6,162 nucleotides of DNA, taken from assembly GCA_030704615.1 (NCBI GenBank), contig JAKLZA010000020.1, forward strand, positions 1 to 6,162, read 5' to 3'. Of this stretch, positions 1-6,162 are shown in pieces (positions within the stretch are counted from its first letter, which is position 1; every line of letters begins with the position of its first letter). The position numbers and the translations under genes were made by a program. This stretch comes from Takakia lepidozioides. Lineage: Eukaryota > Plantae > Bryophyta. The notes beneath the pieces are model-generated. The model made no database searches, had not been told where the DNA came from, and was given only the letters and a program-made list of their open reading frames with translations.

Positions 1-800
1 AGCCTGCGAGAGGCGTACACTCGTATGAGGCGCTTGATAAGTGTGACCCAAGGGTTATGAAGCTCAGGCAATCCAGTTTTGGTATGGAAATTTTGGACAG
101 GAGCTCAGAGAAGGGTGCGAGAATGCAACCCTGTTACAAGCAGCCCACCCACATTAAGCAGATGTGTTTTCTGCTGGCTGAGCGGATTGAGCTCAACATG
201 GTGGAGGAGCGAGTTGTTACAATTGGATTTGGCAAGGACATGCCTGCACAGGGCACAGCTGTCAGCCCACAGGCACAAGGACTGCCGCAACAGCGTGGTC
301 AGGGGGCAAGGTTGCCCAGCACCCAAGTTCCATGGAGCTTACAGGGGACCCTCAGGTGCAGAGGCCTGTGGCATCTTTTGCAGGCCACAGCAACCAGGGG
401 TGATATGTTGGACATGTGAGGACCCCATGTTCAAGAGAGATTGCCCAGAGAGTGGCAAAAAGGCCGGCACAAGCACAGCCTGCACACAGTTGCAGTGTGG
501 GCATTGTGGCAAGTATGGGCATGGAGATGCCAGTGTTATGACTTGCATCCTGAGTTGCGCCCAGGCCAGTTCCAAGGGACAATGGTGGCCGGGGGCGAGG
601 TGGACCAGCCCAAAGAGGACGAGGTGGTCGGGCACGAGGTGCAGGCCAGGCAAGCTCACACATGGCCAAGGACGCGGAGTCAGGGTGTTGACCAAGGCAT
701 GGCCAATCGGCTTCAGCAACTAGAGCAGAGGCTCACTGCCATGCTTAGCTCAAGGCGGTACCGGCTTCCCAGGCGGGATGGTCCCACCTCCTGCTCCTGA
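1..800 (+). CDS. gag: Gag, C-terminal part (end of capsid plus nucleocapsid), frameshifted, 5'-truncated
   Basis: Stitched frames read SLREAYTRMRRLISVTQG..EAQAIQFWYG....FLLAERIELNMVEERVV, resembling the Gypsy Gag capsid C-terminal helices. Two Cys/His knuckles follow, then a short coiled-coil-like stretch (MANRLQQLEQRLTAM). The 3' boundary is approximate. Confidence 0.75.
406..444 (+). other. Nucleocapsid zinc knuckle 1 (degenerate as read)
   Basis: Reads CWTCEDPMFKRDC. A compensating pair of indels (tgt gag g[g]a ccc cat [-g] ttc aag) would give CWTCEGPHFKRDC, i.e. CX2CX3HX4C. This repair is inferred. Confidence 0.6.
496..536 (+). other. Nucleocapsid zinc knuckle 2 (CX2CX4HX4C)
   Basis: CGHCGKYGHGDA (frame of ORF 79) joins QCYDLHPELRP (frame of ORF 441) if one C is added to the cc run at 530-531, giving CGHCGKYGHGDAQC. 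Confidence 0.85.
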
Positions 801-1409
801 GGGAGGAGATATGGGGAGGCATGGGATTTATGTGCGGAGCAGCACTACCACTAGAGCAGGTGGAGTCTGCTGCAGCCGTGACTCGAGGAGCAGCACGAGT
901 TCCTGAGCCACGAGGTGCAGAGGTGGAATTGGATCCACAGCGTGGGGGAGGCCAAGCCGTCAGGCGAGCTTCCTCAGTCATTCACATTGGCGGAGACTGT
1001 GTCGACGCCATCCATGGCACTTAGTTCTCGCCCGACTGTTACCGAGGCGGAGGTTACTATGTCATTGGGGAGAGCTACACGTGCAGCATTGACTCCTGCT
1101 GCCCAAGGCTAGTGCGAGCCGGTGTGTTATTGGGGGCAGCCACCTCTGTGTGTCAGGCCCCACTGTTCTCGGCAACCAATGATTGCGACGCCGGGGTAGA
1201 CCAGCTGCAGTGTTCAGACTAGCAGCAACACTCTGTGAGAGTGGGGAGAGGTCACTTTCATCTTCTGCGGAGTTAGTGGAAGGTGTAGTGGCAGAGGATC
1301 CTCGGATTTGAGGGTCAAGAACTGCCACGGCTGCGCCATGGCAAGCTTGCAGCTGCCAGGTTGACGGAGCTGCCAGCTAGGCCAGCCTTTGAGCGCGCCA
1401 TGGTGACAC

Positions 1410-1860
1410 CTGGAGTTGTCTTGTTAGACAACCAGGGAGGCATTTTCACTTTGAGTGGACCGGCAGGCAAGAAGTACCGGGCACTGCGGGTCTTGTTTTG
1501 GACTCAGGAGCTCAGCCACTGATGTGGGCAGAGCTGCTATTGCAGGTTTGGGCCTCATGGAGGCGGATATGGAGCCTTGTCCTTTCCAGATACAGACATC
1601 TCTGGGAGGATCAGAGCAGGCTCGCGGCATGACACGGCATCAGTTGGCTATTAGACTGCAGCCGGATCATCCTGTAGATGGCTCAGTGATGCGAGCCAAG
1701 GCCATTGTGACAGACGCGGTCTCTTACGATGTCCTCGTTTGGTGGGCAGTGTTATACCCCATGGGCTTCACCCTGGATTTCTGGGAGGAGTCAGCATCCT
1801 ACAGGCCTGGATGGCAGTCAGGGGATGGTCGCCGTGCACAGCTCCCTGTGACATTCATTG
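1410..1860 (+). CDS. pol: Retropepsin-type aspartic protease domain of Pol (frameshifted)
   Basis: Active-site DSGA (gac tca gga gct) at 1501-1512, preceded by hydrophobic LRVL. A flap-like IQTSLGG follows. YDVLVGGAVL at ~1725-1755 (local indel pair) matches the retropepsin D-h-h-h-G-x-x-h-L motif. Confidence 0.85.
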
Positions 1861-2199
1861 GGGGTATTGCAGCTGCCCTGCCAGCGGGGCAAGATGCCAA
1901 CACTAGCCGCCTTCACAGCTGCAGTTAGTTGGCCTGGAGAGTTGCTGGAAGGCAATGCCCATGCAGAGGATGTGCCACCTCCAGCAGAGCAGGATGACAT
2001 GCATGGTACGTGGCGGAGTTGCCTGCCATGGTTGCTCACACTCCATTGTGGGGTACGAGCAAGGATTTGCAGCAAGCTGCTGATGGACGGGTGCAACAAG
2101 CTTGGGTAGAAGCTTTTGTACCGTCAGGAGAGGAGGAGAGTGCGGTGATTGCACCAGGGCCACCTCAGTTGTCGCCATTGGACACCACACTCCTCTTGT

Positions 2200-3190
2200 G
2201 TGGCAGCGGCCGGATGAAGGCATATGCCTTCTGGACTTGTTTGGCGGGATCAGCACTGGATTGGCTGCAGTGCTGCAGGCAGGTGTACGAGTTCGACGTT
2301 ACCTGTATGTGGAGAGGGATGAGACTGCACGACGCGTCTCACTGCGCCATGTTGCTCAGATGGTGCAGCAGCACCCTGAGTTGTTGCCGGTGTCTGCAGT
2401 TCGTGGATATCAGCAGGCCTTGCCAGCAGACATGCGTTGCTGGGGGCGCAGGATTTTGGAGCGGGTTGGCTCCATTGATCTGGTAGTGGCAGGTTGGCCC
2501 TGCCAAGGGCATTCATCAGCCGGGCATGGCAATGGATTGCGAGACTCGAGGACGGGTCTGTTTTGGGAGATGGTGCGGTTTTGCGCCACTTGCAGCTTCA
2601 TCAAGCTGTATCTCCGGCATACATCTTGGAGAATGTGCCACTGATGGGTGATTCTCGGGCCAGGGTGATGGCCAGTGTGCATCAAGTCCGGTCGTGGCTT
2701 GGGTCAGCAGTGTTGCTGGATGCAGCTGCAGTGGGGTCACGGGCTCATCGTCCACGACTATGGTGGACTAACTTGATGCCACCCGCACTGCTCAAGCGTG
2801 CATTTGATGGGGTGCAGCGGCCAGCACACCTCACCGTGGATGGCATTTTGGACACAGGGAGGCAGTCTCAACGTGTGAGACACATATGACCGTTCGCCTT
2901 TGGCAGTGGTCAACAGGGTGGGTCAACCACGAGCAGCATTACCTACATGCTCAGCTTCCCAGGATCCCATGCTTTTCGGGATGGTGGACCTGGCCTCTCT
3001 GTGGGATGCTCAGTTGCAGCAGTTAGTGGAGCCTAATGCCGACGAGCGAGAGCGGGCTATGGGGTTTTCCACTGGGACCACGGCGGTGCCTTCTCTTTCT
3101 GAGGCATCACGTCGTCAGGTGTTGGGGCAAGCAATGGATCTCAATTGCTTGACCTGGATTATCAGCTTGGCTATGGCTGAGCAACGTAGA
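2200..3190 (+). CDS. C5-cytosine DNA methyltransferase catalytic domain, DNMT3-like, embedded in Pol (frameshifted across ORFs 2102-2644, 2494-2889 and 2900-3211)
   Basis: Motif I LLDLFGGISTG (2228-2260); motif II YLYVERD; motif III-like LPADMR; motif IV IDLVVAGWPCQGHS (catalytic PC at 2498-2503); GLRDSRTGLFWEMVR; motif VI YILENV (ENV at 2629-2637); motif VIII LLDAAAVGSRAHRPRLWWTNL (2713-2775); motif IX EPNADERERAMGFSTGTT (3029-3082); motif X SRRQVLGQAMDLNCL (3107-3151). Confidence 0.93.
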
Positions 3191-3559
3191 GTGCGGAGTG
3201 CACTTCCTTGACGGTCTCTCTGCCTACCGAGACGGTACAGGCAGCGAGTGGGGGCGAGCCGGTGAGGACCACGGGGTGTAGACATCCATGGCACACGTGG
3301 GAGGTGCTCGAGGTTCAAAGGGAGTTGGCAGCCAAGGCAGCTGTGATGGATGAGGTTGGGGATTCTTCTCGGGGATGAGGAGGTTCTCAATGATGAGATG
3401 ATGGGGCAGGATGAGGCCTTGTCATTGACTGAGCAGGAAGGGAGTACTGCTCAAGAGGTTGCAGCATAGCAACCACGGGACGCGTCCTCTACCTCTAAGC
3501 CCACTGGACTTAAGGTTGCAGTTACGGAGGACAATTGGGAGCCTGACATTGGACCCATT

Positions 3560-4590
3560 GTCACCGGAGGAGAGAGACGACGTATACGGCGGTTCCTGAG
3601 GGCTTACAGGAATTGCTTTGCCTTCAGTTTGAAGGACTTGGGAGCACTGAAGGGTCAAGAGATCCGTATTGAGTTGGCCACTGACACGCCAATCTTTCGG
3701 AGACCCTATAGATACAGTGACATGGAGAGGTCTTTGATTCAGATGAGGACTCAAGATCTCTGGGAGGCAGGTTTGGTGGAGCTCTCTGGTGGAGAGTATG
3801 CTTCAGCCACAGTGATGCCAGCCTAAGAAGGATGTCTATGGCAATTGGACGGAGAGACGTATGTGCGGTGATTACCGGCCTGTAAATCGTCAGACCAAGT
3901 CCGATAGGTATGCCATGCCGACACCAGAGGAGATCTTTGATGCCATTGGGCATTCCAAGGTCTTTAGCACGTTGGATTTACGATCCGGATATCACCAGTT
4001 GCCGATCAAGGAGGCGGATAAGCAAAAGACGGCATTCTGGGGGATCAATGAGCACGGGAAGGATTGCCTATACCAGTGGCGGTTCTTACCATTTGGGCTT
4101 AAAAACGCTCCCGCTGAGTTTCAAAGAGTCATGGACAGGATTCTAGCAGGGGTGGAGTTTGCTCGCTTCGCTAATAGATGACATCATCATCTTTAGTGCT
4201 ACGGTGGAGGAGCATGAGAGACACCTTCAGGGGTATTTGAGCGCTTGAGGACGCACGGATTGAAGTTACATCCGGGCAAGTGCAAGTTTTTCCACAACCA
4301 GATTGAGTATCTGGGTCACATGATATATCTGGAGGATTGGGGGTACAGCAGACTAAGGTAGAGTCCATTGCACAGGTTCCACGCCCCACGGATGTGAGCC
4401 GAGTTCGAGCTTTCATGGGTTAGCAAACTATTACAGACGGTTTGTTAAGGGATTTAGTGCCATTGCAAAGGCTCTAACCAAGCTGACCAAGGTGGACCAG
4501 GAGTGGCAGTGGGAAGATGAGCAAGAACAAGCTTTTCAAGAGCTCAAGGCGAGGTTGACCTCGGCGCCCATCTTGAGACGACCTATCAGG
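3560..4590 (+). CDS. pol: Reverse transcriptase domain of Pol including thumb/connection (frameshifted)
   Basis: PIFRRPYRYS; YASATVMPAKKD..WTERRMCGDYRPVN; DRYAMPTPEEIFD; FSTLDLRSGYHQL (catalytic D at 3975); KTAFW; LPFGLKNAPAEFQ (4086-4124); [Y]IDDIIIFS (IDD at 4174-4182, Y codon missing a base); LHPGKCKFF..IEYLGH; VRAFMG-LANYYRRFVKGFSAIAK; WQWEDEQEQAFQELKARLTSAPIL. Confidence 0.96.
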
Positions 4591-4595
4591 GGGGT

Positions 4596-4960
4596 CCTTT
4601 TCAGCTGCATACAGATTGGAGCATGCTGGGGCTTGGAGCGGTGCTCACACAGGTGGATGATGAGGGAAGAGAGTTCGTAGTGGCTTATGCTAGCCGCTCG
4701 AACAATGCTGCAGAGTCTAAGTATAGCTCATATGAGGGAGAATGCTTAGCTGCAGTGTGGGCCGTGGCACACTTCAGGTGCTATCTATACGGCAATCTCT
4801 TCACCCTTGTCACGGATCACCAACCACTCAAGTGGTTGATGGAGTCAGACAAGCTTACGGGGAAGCTTGCACGGTGGGCACTCATCCTTCAAGAGTATGA
4901 CTTTCAGGTGGTGCATCGACCGGGTTTGGTCAATCGAATGCAGATGGGTTGAGTCGCAAT
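4596..4960 (+). CDS. pol: Ty3/Gypsy RNase H domain of Pol
   Basis: PFQLHTDWSMLGLGAVLTQ (D at 4614); VVAYASRS; YSSYEGECLAAVWAVAHFRCYL; VTDHQPLKWL; KLARWALILQEYDF; HRPG; NADGLSR (4937-4957, after a frameshift). Confidence 0.95.
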
Positions 4961-5149
4961 CCATGCACGAGCCAGCAGGATGACACTGGAGCTCGGTGGC
5001 ATGGTGAGACGGACGAGGAGATGGTGCCCGGATGGCATGCATCTGCATTTCTGTGTATCTTGGCAGCGGAAGGCCAGGTTGGACCTACAACAGGGATGAC
5101 TGTAGATCAAGTGTCTGAGGACCCTGAGGCCAGCAATGAGCAGGGTGGC

Positions 5150-6162
5150 GCCAAAGATATACATGAGGATTCAGTTGTGTTGGACTACCTCCGCACTGGA
5201 GACACGGCAGCCACTATGACTGCCAAGGAGAGGGATCGGATCCTACAACGAGCCAAGAGGTTCAGGTGGGAGGGGACACACCTGCTCCGAGTGTGGGAGG
5301 ATGGTCGAGTGAGGATTGTGCCTCACCCAACACAGCGGGCACGGTTAGTGCGGCATGCCCATGAGGAGTTGGGGCATTTTGGGTGCGACGCACTCATAGT
5401 CTACTGCAGGGGCAGTATTGGTGGCGTGGTATGCACACAGAGGTGCAACAATTTGTGGCTAGGTGCATGGTGTGTGACAGGGTGCGTGCTTCATTCAACG
5501 CCCCTACTCCACAATTGCACCCTCTTCCGATCATGGGATTGGGCTACAGGTGGAGTCTTGACTTCGCAGGGCCGTTGCCACTGACCATGCGCCACAACAA
5601 GTACGTGTTGGTGATGGTGGAGCACTTCTCCAAGTGGATTGAATTGGTTCCATTGCCTGATAAGGCTAGTGAGGGAGCTGCGTATGCATTCCTGGATTGT
5701 GTGCTTAGCCGATTCGGTGCTCCAGCTGAGGTACTCACGGACCAAGGGAGAGAGTTCTTGGGGAGTTTCAGGCTTTGTGTGACAAGGCCTTGATAGACCA
5801 CCGCACCACTTCTCGAGATCATCCTGAGGCCGATGGCTTGGCAGAGAGAGTTGTTCAGACAGTAAAGAGGGGTTTGCGCAAGTATGGCTTGCAGAAGGGA
5901 CACCTAGGAGATTGGGACCTTCAGTTACCCTGGTTAGCCATGGGCTACAGGTTCAGCAAGCAAGCATCACTTGCCTCCTTCTCACCATACTTTCTTCTCT
6001 TTTGGCCGAGAGCCGGATTTGCCTACATCCATTCGCAGAGAAGCTGCTACAGTTCTTAACCTTGACGATCCGGATATGTGGGCACGTGCATGTGAGCAGC
6101 GTGCAGAGTTGTTCAAGAGAGTCATGCCCATGGCTTTCGAGAACCTTGCCATTGCACAACAC
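5150..6162 (+). CDS. pol: Integrase domain of Pol (HHCC zinc finger plus DDE core), frameshifted, 3'-truncated
   Basis: HHCC: H(5360)EELGH(5375)FG..YWWRGM..C(5464)MVC(5473). Core: WSLD(5560)FAGP, VMVEHFSKWIE, RFGAPAEVLTD(5740)QGREF, HPEADGLAE(5844)R, WDLQLPWLAMGYR, FSPYFLLFGREP. The frame continues (..MAFENLAIAQH) to the window end. Confidence 0.95.

Larger units (their letters stand above)
1..6162 (+). mobile_element. Ty3/Gypsy (Metaviridae-type) LTR retrotransposon, internal region, carrying a captured C5-DNA methyltransferase; partial at both ends
   Basis: Co-linear + strand motifs for Gag zinc knuckles, PR, RT, RNase H and IN. The PR-RT-RH-IN order is diagnostic of Gypsy rather than Copia. 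Gypsy-type RT motifs are present (MCGDYRPVN, LDLRSGYHQL, LPFGLKNAP). Coding sequence runs off both window edges. Confidence 0.96.

Noticed and set aside
799-820. Purine-rich tract gagggaggagatatggggagg as a PPT
   Set aside because: It lies in the gag-pol region with no adjacent LTR. The true PPT, LTRs and any chromodomain would be outside the window.
2200-3190. Plant DRM or CMT host gene interrupted by a transposon
   Set aside because: Motif order is not permuted (unlike DRM), there is no chromodomain between motifs I and IV (unlike CMT), and no introns are evident. The domain lies inside pol, not around it.
2102-3211. Bacterial or phage restriction-modification methyltransferase, or a retron/DGR-type RT system
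   Set aside because: There is no endonuclease or operon structure. The flanking domains are clearly LTR-retrotransposon Gag, PR, RT, RH and IN, and the MTase motifs resemble DNMT3.
57-6059. Treating each short + strand ORF as a separate gene, or each break as a programmed frameshift
   Set aside because: The breaks cut through conserved domains and are far too numerous. The ORFs are fragments of gag-pol.
105-6162. Minus-strand ORFs in the ORF track (e.g. 339-719, 1903-2256, 3624-3953, 5544-5903)
   Set aside because: They have no recognisable motifs and are antisense shadows of GC-rich + strand coding sequence.
1-6162. Ty1/Copia, DIRS or LINE classification
   Set aside because: The integrase lies downstream of RNase H, there is a DDE integrase rather than a tyrosine recombinase or endonuclease, and the RT motifs are Gypsy-type.
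1-6162. CRISPR array, tandem repeats, tRNA or rRNA genes
   Set aside because: No periodic repeats or RNA-gene signatures were seen by eye, only short gca/gag codon reiterations.

Overview
The whole window is the internal coding region of a eukaryotic Ty3/Gypsy LTR retrotransposon on the + strand. It is truncated at both ends, and no LTR, PBS or PPT is visible. Stitching across many single-base frameshifts gives this domain order: Gag (capsid C-terminus plus two zinc knuckles), aspartic protease (DSGA), C5-cytosine DNA methyltransferase, reverse transcriptase, RNase H, integrase (HHCC and DDE). The unusual element is a complete DNMT catalytic domain (~2200-3190; motifs I, II, IV, VI, VIII, IX and X in linear order, most like DNMT3). 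It sits inside pol between the protease and RT, so this is a retrotransposon carrying its own cytosine methyltransferase. Most frame breaks are +/-1 changes in homopolymer runs, while nearly all catalytic residues are intact. This suggests long-read sequencing error and possibly an intact element. The host cannot be identified from the sequence; a green alga or streptophyte is an inference.
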